NCBI GenBank assembly: GCA_036012125.1
Contig: DASCOS010000011.1
Location: forward strand, 68,125 to 132,124
Direction: 5' to 3'
Length of the DNA stretch: 64,000 bases
Origin: Vicinamibacterales bacterium
Lineage (GTDB): Bacteria > Acidobacteriota > Vicinamibacteria > Vicinamibacterales > UBA823
Part shown: positions 42,648 through 52,567 of the stretch, piece by piece
Layout of the letters: each line of letters begins with the position of its first letter
Position numbering within the stretch: the stretch's first letter is position 1
Program-made: the position numbers and the translations under genes
Notes under the pieces: generated by a model
Databases searched by the model: none
What the model was told of the DNA's origin: nothing
Seen by the model: only the letters and a program-made list of their open reading frames with translations

Positions 42648-44246
42648 TCAGTGCCAGAAATGACGCCGGCCAGTCATCACCATCGCGATGTCATGTTCGT
42701 CCGCAGCCGCAACGACTTCAGCATCCCGCTTTGATCCGCCGGGTTGCACCACTGCCGTGGCACCAGCCTTAGCGATTGCATCAAGACCATCCCTGAATGG
42801 AAAGAAACCATCCGACGCGACGACTGTGCCTCCGAGCTTCTCGCCAGCCTTAAGAACCGCCATGTTTACAGCATCGACTCGGCTCATCTGACCCGCACCG
42901 AGTGAAACAGTCCGGTCACCGCGTGCAAAAATGACGGCGTTCGACTTTGCGTGGGCGCAGACCCTCCAAGCAAATCGCAGCGCACGCCACTCGTCATCGG
43001 AAGGGACCCGCTTGGTAACAACGCGGAGCAACGGCTTGGAAACACCATCGTTCCAGGGTTGAGCCGCTTCATCAACGACATCTCGACATTGCAAGAGCCA
43101 ACCACCAAGGATCGACCTGACATCCCTTCGTCCAACACGGCCCTCCCGAACGGAGGAAAGGTCAACCACAAGGACACGCATCGCTTGTTTTTTAGATAGA
43201 ATCCCGACCGCTTCACTGTCTACACTAGGTGCCACAACGCCTTCAATAAACGTCGAGGTGATGGCCGTAGCAGTTGCGACGTCTATCGGCCTGTTCAAAC
43301 CGACAATCCCACCAAACGCCGAAAGCGGGTCGGTCTCACGTGCCGCAATGTATGCCTCAACAATCGAGGCAGCCGTGGCAACGCCACACGGGGTGGTGTG
43401 CTTCAGAACAGCCGCCGCAGGTTCCTCGAACTCGAGCACAAGCCGTGTGGCAGCATCGAGGTCAAGGAGGTTCGTAAAGGACAACTCCTTCCCTTGTAGC
43501 ACCTGTGCGCCACTGAGACCCACCTCGTCCTGCTCGCTGTACCAAGCAGCCTCTTGATGCGGATTCTCGCCATACCGTAACGCCTTGAGCTTAGAGAGCG
43601 ATACTGTCAGAGACGACGGCACCGTTAATTCTGGTTTCGATGCCTCACGCTCAAAGCCCGATTGAGAAACCCGAACACGCTCCAAAGTGTCAGAAATTGT
43701 CCGATCGTATTCTGCCGTGTGGTGGAAGGCCTTCTGTGCAAGACCGAATCTGAAATCCGAACTCGGCCCTCCCGGCTGACTAAGCTCACGAATTGCCGAA
43801 TCGTAATCGTTTGGATCAATCAGGATCAGCACATCACGGAAGTTCTTCGCAGCAGCCCGCACCAACGTCGGCCCACCAATGTCGATCTCTTCGATGAGAT
43901 GGTCAAATGGGGTGCTCGCACTCTTGGCAGCATTAGCAAAGGGATACAGATTCACAACCACAACATCAATCGTTTCGATGGCATGCCGTCTTAACACCTC
44001 CAGGTCATCCTCCCGGTCGCGACGTGCGAGGATCCCAGCATGCACAGCGGGATGTAACGTCTTCACCCGTCCGTCCATCATCTCGGGTAACCCAGTTACG
44101 GTCCCAACAGATGTGAAGGATAGACCTGCATCGCGCAGCGCTTGGCCAGTACCACCCGTCGAAACGAGCTCGAACCCCAGAGCAAGAAGGCTACGGGCCA
44201 AAGTCACAACACCAGTTTTGTCCGACACACTCAGGAGTGCCCGCAT
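42648..44246 (-). CDS. purH: Bifunctional AICAR transformylase / IMP cyclohydrolase
   Basis: [14 protein letters not shown]... MGS-like domain plus the AICARFT domain, with C-terminal RHFWH (canonical is RHFRH). The track TTG start at 44276 was trimmed to the ATG at 44246. Confidence 0.95.
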   Translation of the reverse strand: MRALLSVSDKTGVVTLARSLLALGFELVSTGGTGQALRDAGLSFTSVGTVTGLPEMMDGRVKTLHPAVHAGILARRDREDDLEVLRRHAIETIDVVVVNLYPFANAAKSASTPFDHLIEEIDIGGPTLVRAAAKNFRDVLILIDPNDYDSAIRELSQPGGPSSDFRFGLAQKAFHHTAEYDRTISDTLERVRVSQSGFEREASKPELTVPSSLTVSLSKLKALRYGENPHQEAAWYSEQDEVGLSGAQVLQGKELSFTNLLDLDAATRLVLEFEEPAAAVLKHTTPCGVATAASIVEAYIAARETDPLSAFGGIVGLNRPIDVATATAITSTFIEGVVAPSVDSEAVGILSKKQAMRVLVVDLSSVREGRVGRRDVRSILGGWLLQCRDVVDEAAQPWNDGVSKPLLRVVTKRVPSDDEWRALRFAWRVCAHAKSNAVIFARGDRTVSLGAGQMSRVDAVNMAVLKAGEKLGGTVVASDGFFPFRDGLDAIAKAGATAVVQPGGSKRDAEVVAAADEHDIAMVMTGRRHFWH

Positions 44247-44269
44247 CGAAGAACCCTTTCTTGGTTGTT

Positions 44270-44298
44270 TTGACAAAGGATGGACCCGTGACTAGCAT
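44270..44298 (+). promoter_or_regulatory. Candidate sigma70 promoter (TTGACA-N17-TAGCAT) facing csp
   Basis: Perfect -35 TTGACA at 44270-44275, a 17-nt spacer, and TAGCAT at 44293-44298. The predicted transcription start near 44305 is about 144 nt upstream of the csp ATG. Confidence 0.5.
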
Positions 44299-44332
44299 TG
44301 CCGTGGCGTCGGTTCGGGCGGCGCCGTCTCAC

Positions 44333-44358
44333 GAGGCCGCACTCGCGGTCTTTTTTTT
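44333..44358 (+). terminator. Intrinsic-terminator-like hairpin plus U8 inside the csp upstream region
   Basis: GGCCGC-ACUC-GCGGUC (6 bp, extendable to 8 with A-U and G-U pairs), followed directly by TTTTTTTT (44351-44358). It has terminator form only on the plus strand. Confidence 0.5.
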
Positions 44359-44448
44359 GTCCCTAGGCGTGCGTGCTAATCGAGTTTGCGGTAATGGATA
44401 GGCAAGGTAGAACGGCAGCCGTCTCAGGCGTAAGACAGGATAGGCACG

Positions 44449-44655
44449 ATGCGCATCACAGGCAAGGTTAAGTGGTTCAATAACAGCAAGGGTTACGGTT
44501 TTATCGAGCAGGAATCGGGGAGTGATGTATTCGTTCACTTCTCAGCAATCGAAGGAAATGGCTTCAAGACCCTCGAAGAAGGTCAATCAGTCGAGTTTGA
44601 GATCGTCGACGGTCCCAAAGGACCACAGGCTGGAAATGTGACCGCCGCCAGCTGA
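44449..44655 (+). CDS. cspA: Cold-shock protein, CspA family
   Basis: [34 protein letters not shown]... with RNP1 (KGYGFI) and RNP2 (VFVHF) motifs. Confidence 0.96.
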   Translation: MRITGKVKWFNNSKGYGFIEQESGSDVFVHFSAIEGNGFKTLEEGQSVEFEIVDGPKGPQAGNVTAAS

Positions 44656-44670
44656 GTTTCACCCTTGCCG

Positions 44671-44698
44671 CTGTGGCCAGCTTAACCGCTGGCCACAG
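44671..44698. terminator. Perfect 11-bp hairpin between convergent csp and the hypothetical gene (no U tract)
   Basis: CTGTGGCCAGC-TTAACC-GCTGGCCACAG, 16 nt after the csp stop. It could act for both convergent genes. The lack of a U-run lowers confidence. Confidence 0.45.
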
Positions 44699-44828
44699 TG
44701 AACAACAACGTAAAAAATACCACTCGTATTCGACCCAAAAGCGTCGCAAGCCGAAAGTAAACACTGCGGGGACAACTCTTTCGCTTACATCCACTTCCGA
44801 CAGCGGAGTGGCCTCAAAGTCACGTTTC

Positions 44829-45284
44829 TCAGCGCTGAATGAGAAACCAGACCAATGGTAGCCACAATTCACGCCCGTAGGGTACTGGTCGGTCATCAAT
44901 CAGTATTTCGCAAGCATCATCTTCGCCTACGATGCCAAACAGGTCGTGTAGTGCCAACGCTTCTGCTGGAAAATACCGTGCTCGGTGCCGCAGGGTGGGC
45001 CCACTCCCCACCTCGCGGTACTCCGAAGCCTGCCGCGCAAGCCTAACGGCCGTTTCGTAAGCCTTAACGTCCTTCAGTTTCGGGAACACAACAGTAATTG
45101 AAAAGGGATGAAAGTCATCCCCAAACAGTGCCGCCCGTAGGTCAGGATCGAGTTCCGCGAGTTCCTCGGCCGAGGGTTGTGACGCCGGTTCCACGTAGGG
45201 CCAGAAACTCTCTACCGGTCCGTGCTGCAGCGTGGCATCAGAAGCATCGTCCGGGGTGTGGTTCGACTTAGCGGTCTTGCTCAT
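44829..45284 (-). CDS. Hypothetical protein (151 aa), no family recognised
   Basis: ORF track frame trimmed to the ATG at 45284 (MSKTAKSNHTPDD...), because the 205-aa version would overlap the selA start. Acidic disordered N-terminus, then a C-terminal globular-looking part. I can see no motif. Confidence 0.45.
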   Translation of the reverse strand: MSKTAKSNHTPDDASDATLQHGPVESFWPYVEPASQPSAEELAELDPDLRAALFGDDFHPFSITVVFPKLKDVKAYETAVRLARQASEYREVGSGPTLRHRARYFPAEALALHDLFGIVGEDDACEILIDDRPVPYGRELWLPLVWFLIQR

Positions 45285-45370
45285 GTCATCAGTAGCCGAC
45301 CGATGTGCCTGTAATGGTATCCTGAATCCCGGGGACCAACAAGGGAACTGAATCAGATCAGCGTCAGTCA

Positions 45371-46756
45371 ATGTCGAAGTCACGAATAATTCCATCGATC
45401 GAACAACTACTTCAGCGTAGCGGCGTGCAGGTACTACTGCAAACATACGGCCGAACCGCCACGGTCAAAGCGCTGAGGGCAGCTGCTGAGAAACTGCGCA
45501 CTGAACTCGAAGGTCCAGGCTCATCCAACAGAGTTAGGGTTGAGGTATTAGAAGCTGCGGAGCACCTTGAATCCGAGGCAGCGATGCACCTGACTCGTAG
45601 TTTTATGTCATCGCTGCAACCGGTCATCAACGCCACCGGTGTAATTATTCATACGAATCTCGGTCGAGCACCACTTGCGGACTCAGCGGTTAAGGCGATT
45701 GCCACCATTGCGCCACACTTCACGAATTTAGAGTATGACGTCGAAAGCGGTGGCCGCGGTCAACGGGATACGCACGTTCAATACTGGCTTCGCGAGCTCA
45801 CTGGTGCTGAGGCCGTCGTAGTCGTTAACAATAACGCCGCAGCAACACTACTATTACTAAGCGCGCTGGCCTCAGGACGTGAGGTCATCGTGTCGCGTGG
45901 TGAGTTAGTGGAGATCGGTGGTGGGTTTCGCGTTCCTGACGTACTCGCGCAGTCCGGTGCCCAGCTGCGGGAAATTGGGACTACGAATCGCACCCGCGCG
46001 GACGATTATGCAGCAGCGATTAATGACCGTACCGGTCTCTTGCTGCGGGTGCATCCTTCAAACTTCCGGATCGAAGGCTTCGCAGAGCGTCCGTCGCTTG
46101 AGTCGCTGGTCGGAGTTGGCCAACGCTTCGGCGTGCCAGTGGTCGAAGATCTCGGAAGTGGTTATCTAGTGAGTCACGACGAATTGCCGGCAGAACCAAC
46201 AGTCCGGGCGAGTGTCGAGGCAGGAGTTGACGTCATCTGTTTCAGTGGGGACAAGCTGCTCGGTGGTCCCCAAGCGGGCGTCATCGTTGGTCGCGACCAG
46301 CTACTTCAAAGGGTTCGCACTCATCCGCTTATGCGAGCGGTGCGTGCCGACAAGCTGACCTATGCCGCCATGGACGCTACGCTACGAGAGTATGCCTTCG
46401 GACGGACTCCAGATACGGTTCCGGTAATTCGCATGATCAAGGCACAGCAGGATGAGATTGAACGACGGGCACGAGTTGCGGCCGCCGCTATTGCCACATC
46501 AACCATCGAAGTACAGATTATCGATGGCGTCTCCACGATTGGCGGCGGGAGCGCTCCGGGCAGCGAACTATCGACCCGTTTACTGGCAATGAAATCATCA
46601 ACGATTCAGCCCAAAGATCTCGCGGCCACGTTAAGGCGCCTCACGCCGCCCGTCATTGGACGGATTGAGCAAGGCCAAGTTGTACTAGACCTTCGGACTG
46701 TTCTGCCCGAGCAGGATGAGATGCTCGCTAGAGCACTCGGCAGCCTAACAGCATAA
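45371..46756 (+). CDS. selA: L-seryl-tRNA(Sec) selenium transferase
   Basis: N-terminal IPSIEQLLQ, then INATGVIIHTNLGRAP, NNNAAATLL, and the PLP-lysine region FSGDKLLGGPQAG. Canonical SelA. Confidence 0.92.
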   Translation: MSKSRIIPSIEQLLQRSGVQVLLQTYGRTATVKALRAAAEKLRTELEGPGSSNRVRVEVLEAAEHLESEAAMHLTRSFMSSLQPVINATGVIIHTNLGRAPLADSAVKAIATIAPHFTNLEYDVESGGRGQRDTHVQYWLRELTGAEAVVVVNNNAAATLLLLSALASGREVIVSRGELVEIGGGFRVPDVLAQSGAQLREIGTTNRTRADDYAAAINDRTGLLLRVHPSNFRIEGFAERPSLESLVGVGQRFGVPVVEDLGSGYLVSHDELPAEPTVRASVEAGVDVICFSGDKLLGGPQAGVIVGRDQLLQRVRTHPLMRAVRADKLTYAAMDATLREYAFGRTPDTVPVIRMIKAQQDEIERRARVAAAAIATSTIEVQIIDGVSTIGGGSAPGSELSTRLLAMKSSTIQPKDLAATLRRLTPPVIGRIEQGQVVLDLRTVLPEQDEMLARALGSLTA

Positions 46757-46772
46757 TTCAACCACCGAAGAG

Positions 46773-46967
46773 CTAAGCCGACAACTCGGTTGAGGAAACT
46801 TTGTCGCGGTTCGGGCAGGTCTCACACAGCAACGACTCTCCATCTGCACTCAGGAGTTCTGGTCCACCGCACGAACCGCGCAGACAGCGGTTGCTGAGTA
46901 AAACACCAACGGCCATTACAAGCATGGCCGCACCTATGACGAGAGTCGTCAAGAGGAAGATGACCAT
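46773..46967 (-). CDS. nqrM: (Na+)-NQR maturation factor NqrM (DUF539)
   Basis: 64 aa: one TM helix, then LRGSCGG...LLCETCPNR (the conserved Cys cluster of NqrM). It is the last gene of the nqr-apbE unit. Confidence 0.8.
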   Translation of the reverse strand: MVIFLLTTLVIGAAMLVMAVGVLLSNRCLRGSCGGPELLSADGESLLCETCPNRDKVSSTELSA

Positions 46968-46972
46968 CGGCG

Positions 46973-48025
46973 CTATTCTACACCTCCACCGCTTAGTACG
47001 CGCTCGAAAGCTGGTGTAGAGCGATATTCGAAACCACTACCGTCGGGCTGCCTCACCACCATGAGCGACGCTACATCATTTGCGACCGCAAATCGGTAAC
47101 CGTCCTCTGGCCCTAAAACTAACAGTGCTGTCGCGAGTGCGTCGGCGGTCATACACATGCGGCTCACAACCGTAACCGATGCTAATGCATGGTTCACGGG
47201 ACGCCCCGTGCGGGGATCAATTGTGTGAGAGAACCGTTCACCTTTCCACTCATAAAAGTTTCGATAGTCTCCGGATGTAGCCATGGATGCATTGGTAAGC
47301 GGTACAGTAGTCTGTAGTAGTCTCACACCGGCATCAGGTCGCTCAATAGCGATCTGCCAGGGCGCCTCAGCCTGGTTATAACCAGCGGTCCGTACCTCGC
47401 CACCAACCTCGACCATATATCGGGAGAACCCAGCAGATTCCAAGGCTTCGGCAACGCGGTCTACCGCATAACCCTTCGCTATGGCGGACAGATCGCCTTC
47501 TAACCTGGGCGCGTTCTTCTGCACGGTGCGAGCTTCAGGGTCCAGCCGTAGCCTCGCAAATCCTAACCTCTCCCTTAATTCCTCAATCAGAGCATCGGAG
47601 GGCGGCGCATCTACTGGTGCCACGCCAAACCCCCAAGCCTCAACCAGTGGACCTACAGTGATGTCAAACGCCCCGTTAGTCCAGTCACTGATCCGAGCCG
47701 CCTCGGCCAGCACTGCAAACGTCTCGTCAGACACAACGAATGGAGTTGTCTGTGCGTGGCGGTTGAACCGAGACAGTTCCGAGTCTGGACGGTAATGAGA
47801 CATCAGACCATCAACGAGCGCTAATTCAGCCTGAACAAGTTCTTGAAGCGCCACTTGTGATTCAGATTTGTTTTCGTTACTGACAATCTTGACTACAAAC
47901 GATGTCCCCATCGCCGAACCATGGAGTTCATACATCGATGGACCGGTCGAAGGAGAGGCGCATGCCGCCCCGACCGCAAGGACGATAAACAGCGCGAGTG
48001 TGCGGAAATAAAACGGAGAAGACAT
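46973..48025 (-). CDS. apbE: FAD:protein FMN transferase (ApbE)
   Basis: Signal/lipoprotein-like N-terminus, MGT...V, DLSAIAKGYAVD, ASMATSGDY motifs. Sits downstream of nqrF. Confidence 0.9.
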   Translation of the reverse strand: MSSPFYFRTLALFIVLAVGAACASPSTGPSMYELHGSAMGTSFVVKIVSNENKSESQVALQELVQAELALVDGLMSHYRPDSELSRFNRHAQTTPFVVSDETFAVLAEAARISDWTNGAFDITVGPLVEAWGFGVAPVDAPPSDALIEELRERLGFARLRLDPEARTVQKNAPRLEGDLSAIAKGYAVDRVAEALESAGFSRYMVEVGGEVRTAGYNQAEAPWQIAIERPDAGVRLLQTTVPLTNASMATSGDYRNFYEWKGERFSHTIDPRTGRPVNHALASVTVVSRMCMTADALATALLVLGPEDGYRFAVANDVASLMVVRQPDGSGFEYRSTPAFERVLSGGGVE

Positions 48026-48058
48026 AGGCGAGCCGTATGCTGGCGCCGTTATGCAGTC

Positions 48059-49285
48059 CTAGCCGAAGTCATCAAATAGAATATTGTCAGGTTCAACGCC
48101 GAGTCCATCAAGCATGTTCATGCAGGCCTTTAACATCAGTGGTGGGCCGCACAAATAGTACTCAATGTCCTCTGGCGCCAGATGGTCTTTCAAGTAGTTG
48201 TCGTACAGCACCTGATGAATGAACCCAGTCTTACCAGTCCACTGATCCTCCGGGAGTGGCTCCGATAAAGCCAAGTGCCACCCAAAACTGTCAAACTCGC
48301 GTTCGAGCGTGTCAAAATGGTCAATGTAGAACGCCTCACGCAAGCTACGCGCACCGTACCAGAAAGATACCTTACGCGTCGTGTGCAACCGATAGAACTG
48401 ATCAAACAGGTGGGCCCGCATCGGCGCCATCCCAGCGCCACCACCAATGAAAACCATCTCCGCCTGAGTGTCTTTGGCAAAAAACTCACCAAACGGGCCA
48501 GAGATAACAACTTCATCTCCAGGTTTGAGGCTGAACAGGTAGGAACTCATTTTCCCCGGTGGAATGCCCTCGGGTCCACGTGGCGGCGGTGTGGCGACCC
48601 TGACATTAAGCATGATGATGCCCTTCTCCTCAGGGTAATTCGCCATTGAATAGGCTCGCACCGTGAGCTCGTCCACAGTCGACGTGTAACGCCAGATGTC
48701 GAAGCGATCCCAATCAGGTCGATATTCTTCACTGACATAAAAATCCTTGTAGTGAACGGTACACTGCGGGCAGTCGATCTGGATATAACCACCGGCCCGA
48801 AACGGCACCTCTTCCCCGGCCGGTAACTCCAACACTAACTCCTTTATGAAGGTCGCGACGTTGTCGTTGGAACGAACCTTGCAGTGCCAGCGCCGAACAT
48901 CGAACAACTCAGCAGGTACTTCGATCTTCATATCCTGCTTGACCTTCACCTGGCACGACAAGCGCGTGCCGACACGCGCCTCGCCACGTGAAATGTGGCT
49001 GCGCTCAGTCGGAAGCATTGCACCACCGCCGTCGATAACCTTCACCGTGCAAACACCACAACTACCTTTCCCACCGCACGCAGAGGGAACGAAGAGCTTG
49101 TTCGATGACAGCGTGTCGAGTAGCGTTCTTCCGGCCGTAGTCCGAAGTGCCTTCGCTGAGTCATCATTAATGACAATGGTCACCTCACCGGCTGCCACTA
49201 GTTGCCGGCGTGCCACCATCAACACCACAACCAGAGACACAATGACCAACGTGAACATGAGCACGCCCAAGCCAACCTCGACCAT
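48059..49285 (-). CDS. nqrF: Na+-translocating NADH:quinone oxidoreductase subunit F
   Basis: N-terminal TM helix, 2Fe-2S ferredoxin motif [10 protein letters not shown]...C, FAD-binding RAYSMAN, and an NAD-binding domain. The ATG at 49285 is preceded by AAGGA. Confidence 0.95.
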   Translation of the reverse strand: MVEVGLGVLMFTLVIVSLVVVLMVARRQLVAAGEVTIVINDDSAKALRTTAGRTLLDTLSSNKLFVPSACGGKGSCGVCTVKVIDGGGAMLPTERSHISRGEARVGTRLSCQVKVKQDMKIEVPAELFDVRRWHCKVRSNDNVATFIKELVLELPAGEEVPFRAGGYIQIDCPQCTVHYKDFYVSEEYRPDWDRFDIWRYTSTVDELTVRAYSMANYPEEKGIIMLNVRVATPPPRGPEGIPPGKMSSYLFSLKPGDEVVISGPFGEFFAKDTQAEMVFIGGGAGMAPMRAHLFDQFYRLHTTRKVSFWYGARSLREAFYIDHFDTLEREFDSFGWHLALSEPLPEDQWTGKTGFIHQVLYDNYLKDHLAPEDIEYYLCGPPLMLKACMNMLDGLGVEPDNILFDDFG

Positions 49286-49307
49286 CGTCCTTAATCCTTT
49301 TCCTCGC

Positions 49308-49925
49308 CTATAACTGCACGCCACCAAACGCCATGAAGCCAATCGCCATGAGCCCCGTCAGAATGAACGTAATCCCCAACCCGCGCAGTCCAGCTGGTAC
49401 ATTGCTATAGCGCAGGCGCTCACGGATTCCGGCCAGGGCGATGATCGCGAGTGCCCAGCCAACACCGGAGCCAAATCCATACACCGCACTCTCCGCTAGC
49501 CCATAGTTCCGTTGCACCATTAACAATGACGCACCAAGAATCGCACAGTTCACTGCAATCAGAGGGAGAAACACCCCAAGCGCAGCGTGTAATTTCGGCA
49601 CGAAGCGATCAAGCGTCATCTCCACAATCTGGACCATCGCAGCAATGGTCCCGATATAGGTCAGGTAACCGAGGAACGACAGATCATAATCTTCGAACGC
49701 CGGCGTGATCCAACCCAGAGCACCGTCGCTCAACAGATTCCGATAGATCAGATTATTCATTGGCACCGTGACACTCAGCACGAAGATAACCGCAACGCCA
49801 AGACCAATCGCGGTGTCCACTTTCCGAGACACAGCAATGAACGAACACATGCCCAAGAAAAATGCTAGAGCCATGTTCTCGACGAAGATTGCTTTAACCG
49901 CCAAACTCAAATAGGTTTCCAGCAT
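49308..49925 (-). CDS. nqrE: Na+-NQR subunit E
   Basis: Six-TM RnfA/NqrE-type protein (AIFVENMAL...FLGMC). ATG at 49925, 1 nt after the nqrD stop. Confidence 0.93.
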   Translation of the reverse strand: MLETYLSLAVKAIFVENMALAFFLGMCSFIAVSRKVDTAIGLGVAVIFVLSVTVPMNNLIYRNLLSDGALGWITPAFEDYDLSFLGYLTYIGTIAAMVQIVEMTLDRFVPKLHAALGVFLPLIAVNCAILGASLLMVQRNYGLAESAVYGFGSGVGWALAIIALAGIRERLRYSNVPAGLRGLGITFILTGLMAIGFMAFGGVQL

Positions 49926-49926
49926 C

Positions 49927-50550
49927 TCACTCCGCCTCGTTTTGTTCAGGCTTCCAGGCACGCAGCGCCCAGATAAGCCCGCCGATGATAAAGAAAGCGC
50001 TCGGCGAGAGCGTCATTAGGCCGTTCGGGGTATACCAACCTCCTTCAGCCACAACCGGTAGCACTTGCACGTTGAATAACGACCCAGCACCTAAGAGTTC
50101 ACGGACAAATGCGGTGGCCATGAGAATGAACCCGTAGCCCAAACCGTTCCCAATACCATCGATTAAGCTGAGAGCCGGGGGGTTCTGCATCGCGTAGGCC
50201 TCAGCGCGTCCCATAATGATGCAGTTCGTAATTATCAAACCAACAAAGACAGTCAATTGCTTCGAAATCTCGAAAACATATGCCTTCAATATCTGGTCAG
50301 TCATGATGACCAGCGAGGCAATGATTGTTAACTGGACAATGATCCGAATGTTCGTCGGAATCTGATTCCGTAGCATGCTGACGAACAGGCTAGATAGCGC
50401 CGTTACCGCGATAACCGCAATGCTCATCACAGCAGCGGTATCCATCTGGGTCGTCACCGCCAAGGCCGAACAAATCCCGAGTACCTGCAAGGCGATCGGG
50501 TTATTGTTAAATAGCGGGTCCGTGAGCACCTTCTTGGTATTCACAGGCAT
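49927..50550 (-). CDS. nqrD: Na+-NQR subunit D
   Basis: RnfE/NqrD-type ([17 protein letters not shown]). The ATG overlaps the nqrC stop (TGATG). Confidence 0.93.
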   Translation of the reverse strand: MPVNTKKVLTDPLFNNNPIALQVLGICSALAVTTQMDTAAVMSIAVIAVTALSSLFVSMLRNQIPTNIRIIVQLTIIASLVIMTDQILKAYVFEISKQLTVFVGLIITNCIIMGRAEAYAMQNPPALSLIDGIGNGLGYGFILMATAFVRELLGAGSLFNVQVLPVVAEGGWYTPNGLMTLSPSAFFIIGGLIWALRAWKPEQNEAE

Positions 50551-51332
50551 CAACCATCCGTCCTTTGCTGTCGAAGCCGATTCAGATACGGTCCAAATCC
50601 GTCGTCACCAAGCCAAAACTGGAGCAGATTCGTTACTCCGCGGCTAGTCATCGTCGCGCCCGATAAACCGTCCACGCGATGAGGGTCTTCACTCGGTGGA
50701 CCTGCCCGACCCTTGATGACGGTAAGGGCTGGCTGGAAGTCGTCGTCAAATGGACGTCGTCCCCGCCAGAGCGCCTTCCAGCGAGGATTGTCGACCTCGC
50801 CACCTAGGCCAGGCGTTTCTATGTGTTCGTAGAAGGTCAGAGCTTGTACAGTTTCAAGCGCCCCGTCGAGCGCAATAAACCCGTATAACGTTCCCCAGAG
50901 ACCCAGCCCCTCGACCGGCAGAACATGCAGACTCGGCCCACCCTGTGCGTCACGCACCTTGTACACCAGTGCCTGATCGGGTAATCGTACAACTTGCGCT
51001 GCATTCGGCGGTGCGGCAGTGCTGGTCGCAGGGTCTTTTGAGGCTCGTCGTTGGTCGAAGGTGGATGGTTCAATTCCGGGCACTTCCTCACCAGTCCCCA
51101 GGTCAATAATGATCTGTTCAATGGCAGCGAATCTTCGTTCGATCTCTTCAGGTACCAACTCCTCGTCGTCGCCAACCATGCCGGAAACAGCCAGCACATT
51201 CCGTTGCTTATCAATCGCGGCATTGTATTCTTGTCGCTCCCGGAGCACGACGGCCGAAGACGATACAAACACGGCGCAAACCACGCAAACGGCGGCTGAA
51301 AAAACTAAGTTGTAGACGACGCTACCCTGCAT
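50550..51332 (-). CDS. nqrC: Na+-NQR subunit C (covalent FMN)
   Basis: Single N-terminal TM helix and the flavinylation motif [12 protein letters not shown]. Confidence 0.92.
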   Translation of the reverse strand: MQGSVVYNLVFSAAVCVVCAVFVSSSAVVLRERQEYNAAIDKQRNVLAVSGMVGDDEELVPEEIERRFAAIEQIIIDLGTGEEVPGIEPSTFDQRRASKDPATSTAAPPNAAQVVRLPDQALVYKVRDAQGGPSLHVLPVEGLGLWGTLYGFIALDGALETVQALTFYEHIETPGLGGEVDNPRWKALWRGRRPFDDDFQPALTVIKGRAGPPSEDPHRVDGLSGATMTSRGVTNLLQFWLGDDGFGPYLNRLRQQRTDG

Positions 51333-52539
51333 AGCGTGCCTTCCGTCGTTTTACGTTTGACCGGACCACAAAATAGTCGAGCACAGGCGCGAATAGGTTC
51401 ATAAAGAGAATCGAAAGCATCATACCTTCTGGATACGCTGGGTTTACGACACGGATCAGAACCACGAGTACACCAATCAGAAAGCCATACAGGTAACGCC
51501 CTATGTCGGATGCTGGCGCAGATACCGGATCTGTCGCCATAAAGACCGTGCCGAAGGCCCATCCACCCAAAACAAAATGCCAAGCTGGGGAAACAGCAAA
51601 TGCTGGATTCGTGTTTGAGCCGACCACATTCAAGAACCAAGCGGTCACGAACGTTCCAAGTGCCACGCTCAGCATGATCCGCCAAGAGCCGACCTGCGTA
51701 ATGATGAGCACAGCCGCTCCCAAGAGACAGGCCAAGGCCGATGTCTCACCCATCGAACCCGGGACGAATCCCATGAAGGCTTCTCCCCAGTCAAGGCCGG
51801 TGAGAGCCTGGTCGCCATCGAGCGCGGTACGGGCAAGCCACGTTGCACCGCTCACGCCATCGGTAGTAGTTGCGGCAGTAATCCAAGCAGTGTCACCTGA
51901 CATATTGGCCGGGTAGGCAAAAAAGACAAAGGCTCGAGCCGTCAAGGCAGGGTTGAGCACGTTCATTCCCGTGCCGCCAAAAATTTCTTTTCCGATTACA
52001 ACGCCAAAACTAATCCCGAGTGCTACCTGCCACAGTGGAATCGTTGGCGGCAGGATCAGTGGAAACAGCATGCCCGTTACCAGAAAGCCTTCGTTAATTT
52101 CGTGTTTCCGCACGATCGCAAATAGCGCCTCCCAAGCTCCACCAACGGCAAACGTTACTCCCAGCACCGGCAAGTAATAGAGCGCTCCATGGATGACACA
52201 CGCGAGCCACTGGTCCGGGTCGAAACTCATACCAAGTGCCACAACAGCAGTCGACTGCCAAGTGTCGAGCACGGGCGCGCCGGCACGGATAGCAAGGTTC
52301 GCCTGGTAGCCCGTGTTGTAAATCGCCATGTAAACGCACCCAGCTAGCGCGACAACAACCGTCATCATCAGTCGCTTGACATCCAAGCCATCGCGCACGT
52401 GGGAGGCACCGGCCGTCACGTGACCGGGCGTGAACAAGAAAGTGTCGTTCGCTTCGTACAGGGGATATAACTTCTCGAGTTTGCCGCCCTTTTCAAAGAG
52501 TCTTGCTTGCTTGTCGAGAAGTGCTCGTAAGAACCGCAT
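51322..52539 (-). CDS. nqrB: Na+-NQR subunit B (covalent FMN)
   Basis: Polytopic protein with EKGGKLEKLYPLYEANDTFLFTPG (matches the V. cholerae NqrB N-terminus) and flavinylation motif DGVSGAT. The track TTG start at 52584 was trimmed to the ATG at 52539. Confidence 0.92.
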   Translation of the reverse strand: MRFLRALLDKQARLFEKGGKLEKLYPLYEANDTFLFTPGHVTAGASHVRDGLDVKRLMMTVVVALAGCVYMAIYNTGYQANLAIRAGAPVLDTWQSTAVVALGMSFDPDQWLACVIHGALYYLPVLGVTFAVGGAWEALFAIVRKHEINEGFLVTGMLFPLILPPTIPLWQVALGISFGVVIGKEIFGGTGMNVLNPALTARAFVFFAYPANMSGDTAWITAATTTDGVSGATWLARTALDGDQALTGLDWGEAFMGFVPGSMGETSALACLLGAAVLIITQVGSWRIMLSVALGTFVTAWFLNVVGSNTNPAFAVSPAWHFVLGGWAFGTVFMATDPVSAPASDIGRYLYGFLIGVLVVLIRVVNPAYPEGMMLSILFMNLFAPVLDYFVVRSNVKRRKARYAG

Positions 52540-52567
52540 TGGTTGTGGCACGCTGGAAAACGAAGCG

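Noticed and set aside
44247-44448. A possible ZTP (pfl) riboswitch upstream of purH on the minus strand.
   Set aside because: Reading the minus strand, I could not find the conserved pfl elements (ACUGGCG, ACCGGGGAGC, CCGCCUGGGC). Only a loose CGCCUAGGG is present. The hairpin there has terminator form only on the plus strand.
44673-44861. A 62-aa plus-strand ORF downstream of csp.
   Set aside because: It starts inside the 11-bp terminator-like hairpin, overlaps the 3' end of the convergent hypothetical gene, and has a basic low-complexity composition.
45285-45446. The longer 205-aa version of the hypothetical ORF.
   Set aside because: It would overlap the selA start by 76 nt and add a hydrophobic/odd N-terminus. 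The internal ATG at 45284 leaves a normal divergent spacer. Even the short version remains low confidence.
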